Source of the DNA: an uncultured Chloroflexia bacterium
GTDB lineage: Bacteria; Chloroflexota; Anaerolineae; CG2-30-64-16
Assembly (NCBI GenBank): GCA_963774265.1
Contig: CAVZDU010000001.1
Coordinates: forward strand, 448,001 to 512,000
Length of the DNA: 64,000 nucleotides
Reading direction: 5' to 3'
Shown here piece by piece: positions 1-10,562 of this stretch; the stretch's first letter is position 1; each line of letters starts with the position of its first letter. The position numbers and the translations under genes were made by a program. The notes under the pieces are model-generated. The model made no database searches. It was not told the origin of the DNA and saw only the letters and a program-made list of their open reading frames with translations.

Positions 1-435
1 CAGGCTGCGCACCAGATAAAGGCGGCTGGCCTCCATCCGTGTATCCAGGGGAATCTCAAAAGTGAGACCAAGCTGTTGAGCAAAGGCCTGCACATCCGCG
101 GGTGCTTCCCCCTGGTTCACCCCGATGACTGCCACCTGACCTGTCAACCGCTCGCTTGCCGCCTGCAGCTCGGGCAGCTCGGCGCGGCAAGGCGGACACC
201 ATGTCGCCCAGAAGTTCAGGACAACTGGTGTTCCTCGTAGATCCGACAGTTTGAAGGTTTGCCCATTGGTATTGGTAAGCGTTATTTCCGGGGCGGGGTG
301 GCCGATGGCTGGGGCTGGTGGCAGCGATCCAGCAGCAGCGACCGCCTCATCCGCAGGCACCCGATTCACCCAGATCCAGCCCACACCTGCCAACAAAACC
401 ACCAGTATGAGCGTGTTCCAACGTAAGCCACTCAT
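1..435 (-). CDS. TlpA/ResA-family thiol:disulfide oxidoreductase (redoxin), 3' end runs off window
   Basis: Manual translation from ATG at 435: MSGLRWNTLILVVLLAGVGWIW (membrane anchor)...GHPAPEITL...LRGTPVVLNFWATWCPPCRAELPEL, with a WCPPC redox motif. Missing from the ORF track because the window edge truncates it. Confidence 0.9.
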   Translation of the reverse strand, partial: MSGLRWNTLILVVLLAGVGWIWVNRVPADEAVAAAGSLPPAPAIGHPAPEITLTNTNGQTFKLSDLRGTPVVLNFWATWCPPCRAELPELQAASERLTGQVAVIGVNQGEAPADVQAFAQQLGLTFEIPLDTRMEASRLYLVRSL

Positions 436-479
436 CTTCAGTCTTCAATCTTCAATCTGCAATCTTGCATCGTCAACGG

Positions 480-3237
480 TCACAGCAGATCGACCGGGTC
501 GACGTCGATTCGCCATCCGGGACCCACCGCAAAGCGACGCAGCGACATCGCGGGGTCAGGACCGCGCAAGATGATCTGCCAGCGCCACTCCCCGCGTTGC
601 CGCGCAAAGAAACACGGCGCCGGACCGATCAGATCAGTATTGGGAACCATCCCTGTAGGATCGGGGAGGGACTGGGTTGAAATCTCGGTGCGCAGCGCAT
701 CGGCCACACGCTGCGCCTCAGCCTGTGCTTTGGCGCGTTGCCCATGGTGGTAGACCAATCGAGCCAGCCGGCGCACCGGGGGGTACATCTGCTGCCGCCG
801 GAAAGCCATCTCCTGGCGGTAAAAACCTTCATAATCGTGCTCGCTGGCAGCCAAAATGGCGTAGTGATCGGGGTGGTACGTCTGTACGATGACCTCACCT
901 CCCAGTTCACTGCGCCCCGCGCGGCCCGCGACCTGAGTCAATAATTGGAAGGTCCGTTCACTCGCTCGGAAGTCCGGCAGGAACAGCCCCACGTCGGCTG
1001 CCACCACGCCGACCAGGGTCACGAGCGGAAGATCCAGCCCCTTTGCGATCATCTGAGTGCCGATGAGGACGTCCGCCTCGTGGGAGATGAATTTGGTCAG
1101 GATCGCATCGTGGCTGCCCTTGGTCCCCGTCACATCGCGATCCCAGCGGAGGGTCCGCGCGGTGGGGAACTCCAGCTTCACCGCCTCCTCGACACGCTCC
1201 GTGCCGACGCCAAAATGACGGATCCGCTTGCTCGCGCACTTCGGACAGACGAGCGGTGAGGGATAGCGGCGGTTGCACTGATGGCAGATGAGGTCCCCCT
1301 CACCATGAAAAATGAGCGGCGAAGCGCACCGCTGGCAGGTCGCCACATAGCCACAATCACGGCAGAGGATGAACGTGGCTGTGCCGCGGCGGTTCAAGTA
1401 CAACATGGCCTGCTGACCCGCCGCGAGGACGCGATGCAATCCCTCCGACAACTGCCGGCTGAACATGCTGCGGTTGCCGACGCGCAGCTCCTGCCGCATG
1501 TCGACCACGCGCACCACGGGCAAATCCGCCTTGATGCGTTGCGGAAGCCTGAGCAACGTCATCTCCCCGCGCTTCGCAGCGTAGAACGTCTCCAGGAATG
1601 GCGTGGCGCTGCCCAAAATCACGGTCGCGCCGCAAAGGCGCCCCAGCTCAATTGCCACCGCGCGGGCGTGATAGCGCGGGGTGCGCTCCTGCTTGTATGA
1701 AGGCTCGTGCTCTTCATCGACAACGATCACGCCAAGCTGGCCGAAGGGCAGAAAAAGCGCCGACCGGGAGCCGACTACCACCTGGGCTGCGGGATGCCCC
1801 GTGCGCACCCTTCGCCACACATCGAAGCGCTCGCCGTCGCCCAGTTCGCTGTGCCACACGGTGACTTTGCCGGGGAAGCGCGCGGCGAAGCGGCGGATGG
1901 TTTGCGGCGTGAGCGCGATCTCGGGTACCAGGACAACCGCCTGTTTGCCCCCTGCCAACGCCTCGGCGATGGCACGCAGGTAGATTTCGGTCTTACCAGA
2001 ACCCGTTACACCGTGTAACAGAATCGGACGCGGGCTTTGCCCGTGTTGATCCGTATCCAGCGTCTCACGCACGGCGCCCCACACGCGCTCCTGATCGGGT
2101 GTAAGGACGGGAGGCGAATCTAGCTCGAACTCGTAACCCGCAAGCGGATCCCGCCACACCATCTCCTCGGCCACGGTCACCAGCCCGGCAGCCTCCAGAT
2201 CGCGCAAGGTATCGCGGCGTCGCGTCCGTTTCCGCGTACACACGACCGATCCAGGCCGGCCCATCGTGGGAGAGCAGCAGGTCCAGCACAGCCTTGTGTT
2301 TGCTCGAGCCGCGCAGCTCGACGATTGCATCGGTAACGGCGTCAGCGGCCAGGGCCAGCGACACAAGCAAAGCAGCGCTGTGGACGGGCGTAGAGGTCTC
2401 ACGAGCAACGGCGAGGGTCACCCAGCCTCGATCCGCCAGGGCTTTGACAACCGCCCGCTCACACGGCACGCCGGTGAGCAGATCGGACAGGGGGACGGGA
2501 CCAGGGCCGTGCGCGATCAGCCAGGCAAGCGCATCGGACTGCCTGGATCTACGCCCCAGGGTGGGCAAGATACGGGCGATGGTTTCTGCGTCCGCCAAGA
2601 GCCGCACCTGGCGGTCGGTCTTGGGCCTCGGCGGCGGTGAGGGAAACTCCGCCTCGCGGGTCACCAGCCCCATCTCAATCAGCGGATCAAGATCATCCCG
2701 CTGGGTCACCCGCTTGACCGGTGGAAGTGTCCCGTGGGCGTTTGTAGTAATATCGGACCAGTCGCCTGGTGCTTGCGCAATACGCGCCAGCAACATCTGC
2801 TGCTTCTCCGACAAGCCAGCAGGTGGGGTGACAGAGGACCGGACGAAAACCGTGCGCCCACGCTGAGAGAGACCAGCAGGGAGCATGAGGCGCAACGATT
2901 CGATCAGCGGCGCCACCGTCTGTTCGCTGATCCAATGCGCCAACGCAAGCTGTGAGAAACTCAGAACGGGCTGCGCCCAAACCAGGGAGATGATTTCGCG
3001 TGTCCGGAAATCAGGAGCCGCGTCGACCAGGCGCAGTACAACGCCCTGCAGACGACGGCCGCGGAACGGAATCCAGACCAGGTGTCCCGGCTGAAGTCTG
3101 CCTGCCAACATAGCAGGCGCCTGGTACGTGAACGACTGTCCAGTATAGGTAGGCGACGCGTCCGTCGTCGCTGCGAGCTGACCTGGAGGACGAGGCGCCC
3201 CCAGAGGCGTATTAACGCAGACTTCAGCGTAGAGCAT
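480..3237 (-). CDS. priA: Primosomal protein N' (replication restart helicase), frameshifted near 2217
   Basis: ORF 2065..3237 holds the N-terminal 3'-DNA-binding domain (FTYQAP...PGHLVWIPFRGRRLQGVV). ORF 480..2408 holds GVTGSGKTEIY, DEEHEPSYKQ, the Zn-binding Cys clusters, GTQMIAKGLD, QVAGRAGR and the C-terminal DVDP. The frames join at ...YAETDAT/RDTLRDL. Confidence 0.93.
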
Positions 3238-3239
3238 GG

Positions 3240-4100
3240 CTAAGCGTGTATGCCCGCAGCCAGATAGCCGACAGTATAAGCACCCGGCCGCTTGTCTCCC
3301 GTGACATCTCCTGAAGATGTGTACTGAAGCACCTTTGCACCTTTGGCGCCAAGTCGCCTACACGTCTCCAGAAGGACAAACAAGCCGGTTGCCCCACACG
3401 CCTGCACTTGTTCTGTCTGCAGCGCTGTGCGCAGGCCGTCCAGGTCAAATGCGTTGAGCAGATCGACCAGCCTGCGGTCGGTGCTTATGACATCTGCATA
3501 GTTGTCCATATGGCTCAGATCGGTGCTGGAAACGAGCAGCGTCTCTTCGTCGAGGAGCTCGGTCAGTGCCTCGGACAGCCGGGTCGCTCTCTCTGCTGCA
3601 TGAGTATGAGAGATGTGTTCGCCGAGCATAATCGGAACCAGTCGGAAACGATCGAGGACGACCTGAAGGAATGGCAATTCGATCTCCAGTGCATGTTCCT
3701 CATCGCCCTGCACCGGGGTCAATGTGATCCGAGCACTAAGCTTATCGATGAAGTCTCGATCCAGGGGAACATCGCCAAGTGGCGTACGGTAAGCGTTTTC
3801 AGCAGGAACCATAAATGGGCCCACGGGACTGCCCCATACCGGTCGATGCAACGGGCCCAGGAGGACAACCCGCGTTAAAGGCATGCCGCGCACCTGCACA
3901 AAGGCCTGCGCGGCCGTCGGTCCGGAATAGGCGTAACCCGCGTGCGGAGCGACCAGGCCCAGGATGCGGCCTGGCCAACTCACAGCTGTGGCTTTTTCAA
4001 GATAACCGTCTATGTCCCGGCGTAGCGTGGCCGCACTTCCCGGGTACCATCGCCCTGCAATCGCCGATGGGCGAAGGTTCTGGATTGGATCGGGGCTCAT
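3240..4100 (-). CDS. amrB: AmmeMemoRadiSam system protein B (MEMO1 family)
   Basis: RPSAIAGRWYP, APHAGYAYSG, EEHALEIELPFLQ, SSTDLSH, CG and VGY motifs; AAGGAGG SD before ATG 4100. Confidence 0.9.
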   Translation of the reverse strand: MSPDPIQNLRPSAIAGRWYPGSAATLRRDIDGYLEKATAVSWPGRILGLVAPHAGYAYSGPTAAQAFVQVRGMPLTRVVLLGPLHRPVWGSPVGPFMVPAENAYRTPLGDVPLDRDFIDKLSARITLTPVQGDEEHALEIELPFLQVVLDRFRLVPIMLGEHISHTHAAERATRLSEALTELLDEETLLVSSTDLSHMDNYADVISTDRRLVDLLNAFDLDGLRTALQTEQVQACGATGLFVLLETCRRLGAKGAKVLQYTSSGDVTGDKRPGAYTVGYLAAGIHA

Positions 4101-4137
4101 CGCACACCTCCTTGAGGCGGAGAGCCGTCCCGCGCCT

Positions 4138-4950
4138 TCAGACTCCCCAACGCTGGTTGCCAACAAAGGTCAAGGCGAACAGGACAATCAACGCTAACAC
4201 CACAACAATCACCCGGACACCCTGCGATCGGGCGTCGACCAACCGCCGTGATGTCATGTAGCCCTCCTGCGACCACGTGAGGACATAACCGGGTGACAAA
4301 GCAAAACCCAATAAGAAGCCGGCCGCCAGGCCGCCAAGATGAGCGTAGTTGTTGATGTTCGGGACAGTGAAGCCGAAGAAAAGGTTGATGCCGATGAGAA
4401 CCGCCAGATTCCCCAGCCGCTGCCGGCCGAACGCACCGAAGAGCTGGCGATTGCGCAAGAAGTAGGCAACCTCGGCGCCGATCAAGCCGAAGATGGCGCC
4501 CGAAGCTCCTACAGACGGCACGTCCGCGCCGAGCACGTACCAGGCAATATTGCCGGCTAATCCGGAGACGAAATAGATCGCCGTGAACCAAAGAGGGCTG
4601 TAGAAGGACTCGATGTCACGGCCCAGGCTGTACAGAGCCCAACCGTTGAATGCCAGATGCGTCAGACCGCCGTGCAAGAAGATCGCGCTGAGCAATCGCC
4701 AATACTCACCGGCTCCAACCCAACTGTTTACTTGCGCACCCAGGTAGAAGATGATGGGCTGGCCCGTAAACCGTTCCAGAATGAAGTCGGCAATGAACAC
4801 AAGAACGATAAGGCCCAGGAGTATGTAAGTCACGATGGGACGGTAAAGCGGCAGACGAGTGCGGACCTGAACTGGCGCTGCGGGGTTCGCATCATCACGC
4901 GGAGACTGCCCGGAGGGATGCTCCTGCGGAGCAGGGTTTTCATAGCTCAT
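4138..4950 (-). CDS. Rhomboid family intramembrane serine protease
   Basis: YWRLLSAIFLH..HLAFN, catalytic GASGA and AHLGG; several TM helices; ATGA overlap with the gmk stop. Confidence 0.92.
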   Translation of the reverse strand: MSYENPAPQEHPSGQSPRDDANPAAPVQVRTRLPLYRPIVTYILLGLIVLVFIADFILERFTGQPIIFYLGAQVNSWVGAGEYWRLLSAIFLHGGLTHLAFNGWALYSLGRDIESFYSPLWFTAIYFVSGLAGNIAWYVLGADVPSVGASGAIFGLIGAEVAYFLRNRQLFGAFGRQRLGNLAVLIGINLFFGFTVPNINNYAHLGGLAAGFLLGFALSPGYVLTWSQEGYMTSRRLVDARSQGVRVIVVVLALIVLFALTFVGNQRWGV

Positions 4951-5612
4951 ATTGTCACCGGTTGCCAATCAATGCGGCTCTTTTCGGCCTCGATGATCGA
5001 GATGAGACAGTCGACTGTCTCATCCAGCGCACATTCACGATTGATAATGCGATATTTGAACTCACTCGCCCGGCACAACTCTCGGCGTGCGGTCTCGATC
5101 CGCTGCTCGAGCTGCGCAGGGTCCTCTGTCTTGCGACGGCGCAACCGTTCGACGAGGGCTTCCTCTGACTCTGCCGTGAGAAAAACCGTAATGGCCTCTG
5201 GCACCAGCCCGCGAATGGTAGCGGCGCCCTGCACATCAAGGCGCATGACGACATCCTGTCCACTGGCTAACGCAGCTCGCACGCCCGCCTTGGGGATGCC
5301 TTTATACTGTCCATAAACCAGCGCATGCTCTATCAACTCGCCTCGCGCGATTAAGTCGCTGAACGTGGCCTCTGAAACAAAGTGATAATCCACGCCGTCG
5401 ATTTCATTGGGTCGGCGCGAGCGCGTTGTCGCGGTCACCACGAAATGGCACGAATAGCCGCGCTCCTTCATGAGCTGGATTGTCGCGTCTTTGCCAACAC
5501 CTGACGGCCCAGACACGACCACCAGCAGAGGCCGCGGAAGATGAAGGGACCTGTACCATTCGCGCGTAACCTGTTCAAGGCTTGCCGAGGCAGCCTGGTT
5601 TTCGTCGCTCAT
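4947..5612 (-). CDS. gmk: Guanylate kinase
   Basis: SGPSGVGKD P-loop, TTRSRRPNEIDGVDYHFV, YGQYKG, LDVQGA. Confidence 0.95.
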   Translation of the reverse strand: MSDENQAASASLEQVTREWYRSLHLPRPLLVVVSGPSGVGKDATIQLMKERGYSCHFVVTATTRSRRPNEIDGVDYHFVSEATFSDLIARGELIEHALVYGQYKGIPKAGVRAALASGQDVVMRLDVQGAATIRGLVPEAITVFLTAESEEALVERLRRRKTEDPAQLEQRIETARRELCRASEFKYRIINRECALDETVDCLISIIEAEKSRIDWQPVTI

Positions 5613-5700
5613 TTACGAAGCATCCTCACTCAATAGCGATGCACTCACTCGATGCCAGGATTGCTTGGACGCAAGTTTAGTCCTGCGCTATAATCGCAGT

Positions 5701-6102
5701 ATGCCGATCTACGAATACACCTGTCAAGACTGCAATCGACGCGTCAGTCTGCTCTGGCGTTCATTTTCCGACGCTCAAAGTCGCGAGGCGGTCTGCCCGC
5801 GCTGCGGCGGGAATAAGCTGACGCGCCTGATATCGCGCGTTGCCGTCCTTCGCTCCGAAGAAAGTCACCTGGATAATATGTCCAGCGCAGACAACCCGCT
5901 CGGAGATGGCCTGGATGAAAACGATCCAAAATCGCTGGCCCGGTTCATGCGCAAGATGGCGAATGAGACGGGCGAGGATCTTGGCCCGGAGTTCGAAGAA
6001 GTGGTCGGCCGCCTGGAAGCTGGCGAGGATCCGGAGAGCATCGAAGATTCGATGCCTGATCTCGGCGCACCAGGCGGTGGCGACGACTTCGGTGTAATGT
6101 AG
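5701..6102 (+). CDS. FmdB-family zinc-ribbon regulatory protein
   Basis: MPIYEYTCQDC...CPRCG signature; TATAAT at 5689-5694 lies 6 nt upstream of the ATG (probably leaderless). Confidence 0.85.
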   Translation: MPIYEYTCQDCNRRVSLLWRSFSDAQSREAVCPRCGGNKLTRLISRVAVLRSEESHLDNMSSADNPLGDGLDENDPKSLARFMRKMANETGEDLGPEFEEVVGRLEAGEDPESIEDSMPDLGAPGGGDDFGVM

Positions 6103-6135
6103 GATCGGGCAGCGCAGCCTCCTGCGAGGCCATTC

Positions 6136-6462
6136 CTACACCTGCACGAACTGTTCCACGTTCAGCACGAATGCGACGGCGCCGCCAACGTTGACCTCGA
6201 TTGGCTCAGCCATCTCCAGACCTGGGCCTTCCAGAGTCGGCAGAGGGGAGACCCACTGCGTTCGTCGACGACACACCTGGCGCAAAATCTCAATCGCCTG
6301 GTTCAACTTCTGGTCGTCTGTGCCCAGGAAGAGGGTCGTATTACCCTCGCGTAGAAAACCCCCAGTCGTGCTGATCACCGTGGCCCGGAACCCGGCCTTG
6401 GTCAGTCGATCAAGCACGTCACGCGAGTCATCGCTGCTGACAATTGCCATGACAAGCTTCAT
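6136..6462 (-). CDS. darA: PII-like cyclic-di-AMP receptor (DarA/PstA/YaaQ, DUF970)
   Basis: MKLVMAIV..DD, STTGGFLREGNTT, VGGAVAFVLNVEQF; directly downstream of tmk as in Firmicutes. Confidence 0.88.
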   Translation of the reverse strand: MKLVMAIVSSDDSRDVLDRLTKAGFRATVISTTGGFLREGNTTLFLGTDDQKLNQAIEILRQVCRRRTQWVSPLPTLEGPGLEMAEPIEVNVGGAVAFVLNVEQFVQV

Positions 6463-7154
6463 TGAGTAGGATCCTCCTGTGGACTACCTAGAGTCCCATC
6501 GTGGCCAGGCATAATCTGCCGGACGCGTGCCCTGATCGCCGCCTGCACCTGCTCAACCGACTGCCTGGCATCCACCACCAGCCATCGCTCACTCGCTGCA
6601 CTCGCCAACGCCAGATATCCCGCACGCACTCGCTCGTGAAACTCTATCTCCTCGCGTTCCATCCGGTTCCATTCTGCCGTGTCGCCGCCCTGCTTGCGCT
6701 GCAGGCCGTCAAGCACGGGTAGGTCCAGGCAGATGGTCAGCTCAGGTGTGAGATCGCCGGTGGCGAACGCTGTGATCATGCGCAACGCCCCGAGGTCCAG
6801 CTTTCTCCCATACCCCTGGTAAGCCAATGTTGAATCGGCAAAGCGATCGCATAACACGACCCCACCTCGGGCCAAATGGGGACGGATCACCTCGCCGACG
6901 ATTTGCGCCCGTGCAGCCGAAAAGAGAAGGATTTCGGCCTGCGGCTGCATTTCCACGTGCTCCGGGTTCAGCAGAATGGCACGCACCGCGTCACCGATGC
7001 GCGTACCGCCCGGCTCCCTGGTCGTGATTACGTCACAACCTCGATCCCGCAACCAATCCGCCAGGAGACGGATTTGAGTTGTCTTCCCCCCACCTTCGGG
7101 GCCTTCAAAACTAACAAACAAGCGATGCTCCGGCTGGCCGGCAGGCCACATCAC
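6459..7154 (-). CDS. tmk: Thymidylate kinase
   Basis: FEGPEGGGKTTQ, TREPGGT, CDRFADSTLAYQG. Confidence 0.95.
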   Translation of the reverse strand: MMWPAGQPEHRLFVSFEGPEGGGKTTQIRLLADWLRDRGCDVITTREPGGTRIGDAVRAILLNPEHVEMQPQAEILLFSAARAQIVGEVIRPHLARGGVVLCDRFADSTLAYQGYGRKLDLGALRMITAFATGDLTPELTICLDLPVLDGLQRKQGGDTAEWNRMEREEIEFHERVRAGYLALASAASERWLVVDARQSVEQVQAAIRARVRQIMPGHDGTLGSPQEDPTQ

Positions 7155-8866
7155 TAGGATTGAAAAATCCGCACACGGCGGCGCGGTTCGGAGCCATAAC
7201 TGTGTGACACAAGATTCGCGGAGCGCGCCAGCTCATGTTGCATCCGTCGGACGTCCGGGCTGGCCGGTGGCAGTTCCTCAGACGACGATCCGCTCAGCAC
7301 TCGCCGGATGGCCTCCTGGGTCTCGACGACGGCCCGTTCCATCGGATCCTCGACCTCCACCGGCACACCGAAGATATCGCCCAGGATCGCTTCCATCTGG
7401 TTGATCGTGTTGGAACGTAGTACGTACACCGGAATACGCCGCCGCTCAGCCTCTGTGATGGGCTGCGGATGTTTGCGATAGTAGTTCTTCAGTGTCACGA
7501 CCGCGTTGGCCTGCCCCAACTCCTCCACCACCGTGACGGGGACGCCCAGGTTCTGTGAAGCCTGGATCAGCCGGCTACGGCCCACGCCATAAGGGTAGAC
7601 GCGCAGGTGGTGGTGCTGCTGCCCGCGCTCCGCGGGCGCCGCGCCTGGTCCGACGGAGTCGGACGCCGGCTGGGACTCCGGATGCGGAAGCAAGCCGGCC
7701 GAACCATTGCGATACGACTGGAGTGGTGAGGGCGTGCCGAAAGCGTCCCGTGCGCCGTCCCGTGGAGACTGCCTCCATGAGTAGTCCTGACCGAAGGACT
7801 CCGTGTGTTTTTCAAACGGAAGCCGTCCCATGCCGTTGCTCATCGAGCGCGGCTCGGGCAGGGGCGCAGGCGCCTTTTCGATGCGCAGTTGCCCGCCGTC
7901 GTCGACAAAGCGAATCTCAGGTTGGAGCGAACGACCTCGCAGAAGCGCGTCCACAGCCGCGGCTACGCTGTGATGCACTGCCAGGCGTTGACGGTCCTGC
8001 AACTCGATTAACACATCGAAGGTCGGGGGTGCACGGCGCTCGAGTACCGCTTTTTGCGTACCTCGGCGGCGCGCTTCCTCGTCGCTCAGCGTGACACTCT
8101 CAATACCGCCAACCAGATCCGACAACGTCGGATTGATCAGCAGGTTATCGAGGCTGTTGCCATGTGCTGTGCCGACCAATTGCACGCCGCGCTCCGCGAT
8201 CGTTCGTGCGGCCGCAGCTTCCTGCTCGCGCCCGATCTCATCGATGACGATGGTTTGCGGCATGTGATTTTCGACGGCTTCGATCATCACCTCGTGCTGC
8301 AGCGCCGGATCTGCAACCTGCATACGTCGCGCTCGCCCGATGGCCGGATGGGGAATGTCTCCGTCACCACCGATTTCGTTGGAGGTGTCGACCACGACCA
8401 CGCGGCGCTTTTCGCTCAGAACGCGGGCGGCCTCTCGCAGTAACGTTGTCTTGCCCACGCCAGGCCGGCCCAACAGAAGGATGCTCTGGCCCGATTTGAT
8501 GATGTCTTCGACGATATCGATCACGCCATACACCGCGCGGCCAACACGGCAGGTCAACCCGATCACCTTGCCCTGTCGGTTACGAATCGCAGAAATACGA
8601 TGCAAGGTCCGCGCGATGCCCGCGCGATTGTCGCCCGTGAACTCGCTTGTGCGAGCGATGACGAAGTCCAGATCCTCTTGCGTCACCTCTTTTGGGCTGA
8701 GGGTGAGTTCATGATCAACAAAACGCGCTTCGGGCACGCGGCCTAAGTCCATAATGATTTCCAGAAGATCATCTCCCTGGTTGGCAGCCCGCAGCGCCTG
8801 TTCCACTTGCGGCGGCAGCACCTGTAGCAGCGCATCCAGGTCGTCAGTAATCTTTCTCTGTCCCAT
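7154..8866 (-). CDS. Ycf45/SpoIIIAA-like AAA ATPase with C-terminal R3H domain
   Basis: DLGRVPEARF, TLHRISAIRNR, GRPGVGKTT, DTSNEIGGDGD, IDEIG, GTAHG; C-terminal RRMQHELA...SYGSEPRRRV (R3H). Confidence 0.88.
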   Translation of the reverse strand: MGQRKITDDLDALLQVLPPQVEQALRAANQGDDLLEIIMDLGRVPEARFVDHELTLSPKEVTQEDLDFVIARTSEFTGDNRAGIARTLHRISAIRNRQGKVIGLTCRVGRAVYGVIDIVEDIIKSGQSILLLGRPGVGKTTLLREAARVLSEKRRVVVVDTSNEIGGDGDIPHPAIGRARRMQVADPALQHEVMIEAVENHMPQTIVIDEIGREQEAAAARTIAERGVQLVGTAHGNSLDNLLINPTLSDLVGGIESVTLSDEEARRRGTQKAVLERRAPPTFDVLIELQDRQRLAVHHSVAAAVDALLRGRSLQPEIRFVDDGGQLRIEKAPAPLPEPRSMSNGMGRLPFEKHTESFGQDYSWRQSPRDGARDAFGTPSPLQSYRNGSAGLLPHPESQPASDSVGPGAAPAERGQQHHHLRVYPYGVGRSRLIQASQNLGVPVTVVEELGQANAVVTLKNYYRKHPQPITEAERRRIPVYVLRSNTINQMEAILGDIFGVPVEVEDPMERAVVETQEAIRRVLSGSSSEELPPASPDVRRMQHELARSANLVSHSYGSEPRRRVRIFQS

Positions 8867-8880
8867 ACCTCTCAAAATCC

Positions 8881-9960
8881 TTAGCGCAGCCGTTCTGCAG
8901 ACGACTGCCGCGGCCCCTGACTGCGCACGGGCAATTCACGCGCCATCTCGCGCACCGGGTGTGTGGCCGGAAGGGGTTCTGCCACGCGGACAACTGTGTG
9001 TTTCACCAACCTCGCCCGCTCCATAAACGGCGCAAACCCGAATCCGATCAGGGCGCCGCTCAAGTTGATGTCATAATCGCGTACCGTAACATACACGGGT
9101 ACGTCCCGGTGATCGCGCATAGCCCGGGCGTCGTTCAGGTGCCGTAATCCCTGCTCTATCAGCAAACGCACTTCCCGCGCCGCCAGCTCCCCCGCGCCCA
9201 ACACGCGCAGCCAATGGCCCGCCCGTCCGCGATGCATCTGCACCGCGCCGCGCACTTCACCGGCGGGCTCCCACACCAACCCCTGCCAATCATTCGGCTC
9301 CCACCAGGAAAGCATGGGAGTACCGGCCTCGGTGCTCAGAGCGCCCTCCGCTTGCTGAACCAGGCGAGGGGTGCCGCGCACATACAGACGCTGCAATGCC
9401 CAGCTATCACGCGGGTGCTGGGGACGAATACCTGGCGCCGACTCAGTAGCTGCCGGAAGCGACGCCAGGCGGTAGATCGTCTCTCTGGTATACAGACAGA
9501 AACCAGCCTGTCTTAGGCTGGTTTGCTCAAAACAATCTTCTGGAGCGCTCGCGTAGATACGCTGAAGCCCGTGTGTGGCTGCGGCCAGAGAGCAATGGTT
9601 AAGCAACCGATTCCAGATCACCTCAGCAGAGCGATCGTTTGCGAGTTGCGACATGTGGGCTGGCGCCACGTGCAAAAGGTCCGCCTCGGAACGATTGGCG
9701 CGCTTCATAAGTTGGACAAAGCCATACAGGCGTTGGCCGTTCACGCGCTCATCGAGCACAAATGTCGCAACTCCCACCCCGGCCCATGGCCATGGCGCAA
9801 TCAACGCAGTCCACAACGGCTCGTGCGGGTGGGTTAGCATGTGCTCTACGGCCAGCGTCATGCCGCTACGTTGCAGGCGTCGTACCAGCCAGATATCGTT
9901 CAGACCGAACGGGCGGATCACGGAATCGCTATCGCTCCAGCACACCCACAGAATGCGCAT
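8881..9960 (-). CDS. Hypothetical protein, possibly degenerate tandem GNAT fold; start uncertain
   Basis: Long ORF co-oriented with neighbours; two IRP.. starts and two GF-containing ends (LRQAGF, LIGFGF) typical of duplicated GNAT domains. Confidence 0.55.
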   Translation of the reverse strand: MRILWVCWSDSDSVIRPFGLNDIWLVRRLQRSGMTLAVEHMLTHPHEPLWTALIAPWPWAGVGVATFVLDERVNGQRLYGFVQLMKRANRSEADLLHVAPAHMSQLANDRSAEVIWNRLLNHCSLAAATHGLQRIYASAPEDCFEQTSLRQAGFCLYTRETIYRLASLPAATESAPGIRPQHPRDSWALQRLYVRGTPRLVQQAEGALSTEAGTPMLSWWEPNDWQGLVWEPAGEVRGAVQMHRGRAGHWLRVLGAGELAAREVRLLIEQGLRHLNDARAMRDHRDVPVYVTVRDYDINLSGALIGFGFAPFMERARLVKHTVVRVAEPLPATHPVREMARELPVRSQGPRQSSAERLR

Positions 9961-10052
9961 CCAATCGCGCCATCTCTATCTGACATTCTACCACAACGAA
10001 GGTCCTTGACAAGTGATTGCCACTACTGCCTCGCCAGGGCGACGATGCACTC

Positions 10053-10085
10053 AAAAAAAGAACCCCCGGCGAAAGGCCGGGGGTC
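10053..10085 (-). terminator. Intrinsic terminator downstream of cold-shock gene
   Basis: Minus strand ACCCCCGGC-CTTTC-GCCGGGGGT followed by TCTTTTTTT. Confidence 0.85.
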
Positions 10086-10111
10086 AAGTTGGTTCGTGGT
10101 AAGCTGCGCAA

Positions 10112-10318
10112 TTACGCAGGCATCACCGACACAGCCTGTGGACCCTTCGGCGTATCTTCAACGATAAACCGAACGCGCTCGCCGGCATCCAGGTTCCGGA
10201 AGCCCTCGCCTGTGATGTTCGAGTAGTGAACGAATACGTCCTTATCCCCACCATCCGGCGAGATAAACCCGTAACCCTTGCTCCGGCTGAACCACTTGAC
10301 GACACCCGTGCTCTCCAT
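10112..10318 (-). CDS. Cold-shock domain protein (CspA family)
   Basis: 68 aa [19 protein letters not shown]...DVFVHYS...GFRNL...KGPQA; AAGGAGG SD; the real start is 10318, not the ORF-track 10462. Confidence 0.95.
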   Translation of the reverse strand: MESTGVVKWFSRSKGYGFISPDGGDKDVFVHYSNITGEGFRNLDAGERVRFIVEDTPKGPQAVSVMPA

Positions 10319-10481
10319 TAGAAAGTGCCTCCTTGGAGTATGAAAAACTGCTCGCCGCGACTGCCAACGTGCGCCTATCAAGGGATGAATTAAGAAAAAG
10401 CCACCGGGCCAGACGTGCGCACCGGTGACTGGTGACTGTCCTACTCCCTGACAGGTCGCCATGAAGATTCACGGCAGAGAG

Positions 10482-10510
10482 ATAGTACCACTTCTGAAAG
10501 AATGTGTCAA
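10482..10510 (-). promoter_or_regulatory. Sigma70-type promoter of csp gene
   Basis: TTGACA (10510-10505), 17 bp spacer, TACTAT (10487-10482); gives a ~155-nt 5' leader. Confidence 0.75.
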
Positions 10511-10562
10511 ATGAGAATGCGCAAGACGCTGTGCCCAACGCAGGTCAATGACATGCCCTACT

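Noticed and set aside
436-470. 7-bp tandem repeat (CTTCAAT-like x5) between the redoxin gene and priA
   Set aside because: Short degenerate intergenic microsatellite with no spacers; not CRISPR.
2200-2230. priA, ftsH, recN and nadK as pseudogenes or programmed frameshifts
   Set aside because: Core genes with both halves intact and no slippery heptamer or stimulator; assembly error is more parsimonious.
3240-4100. amrB as part of a full AmmeMemoRadiSam cluster
   Set aside because: No AMMECR1 or radical SAM partner in the window; the gene is an orphan here.
10431-10460. GGGAGTAG resembling a yybP-ykoY riboswitch start
   Set aside because: The remaining conserved elements are absent and the downstream gene is csp.
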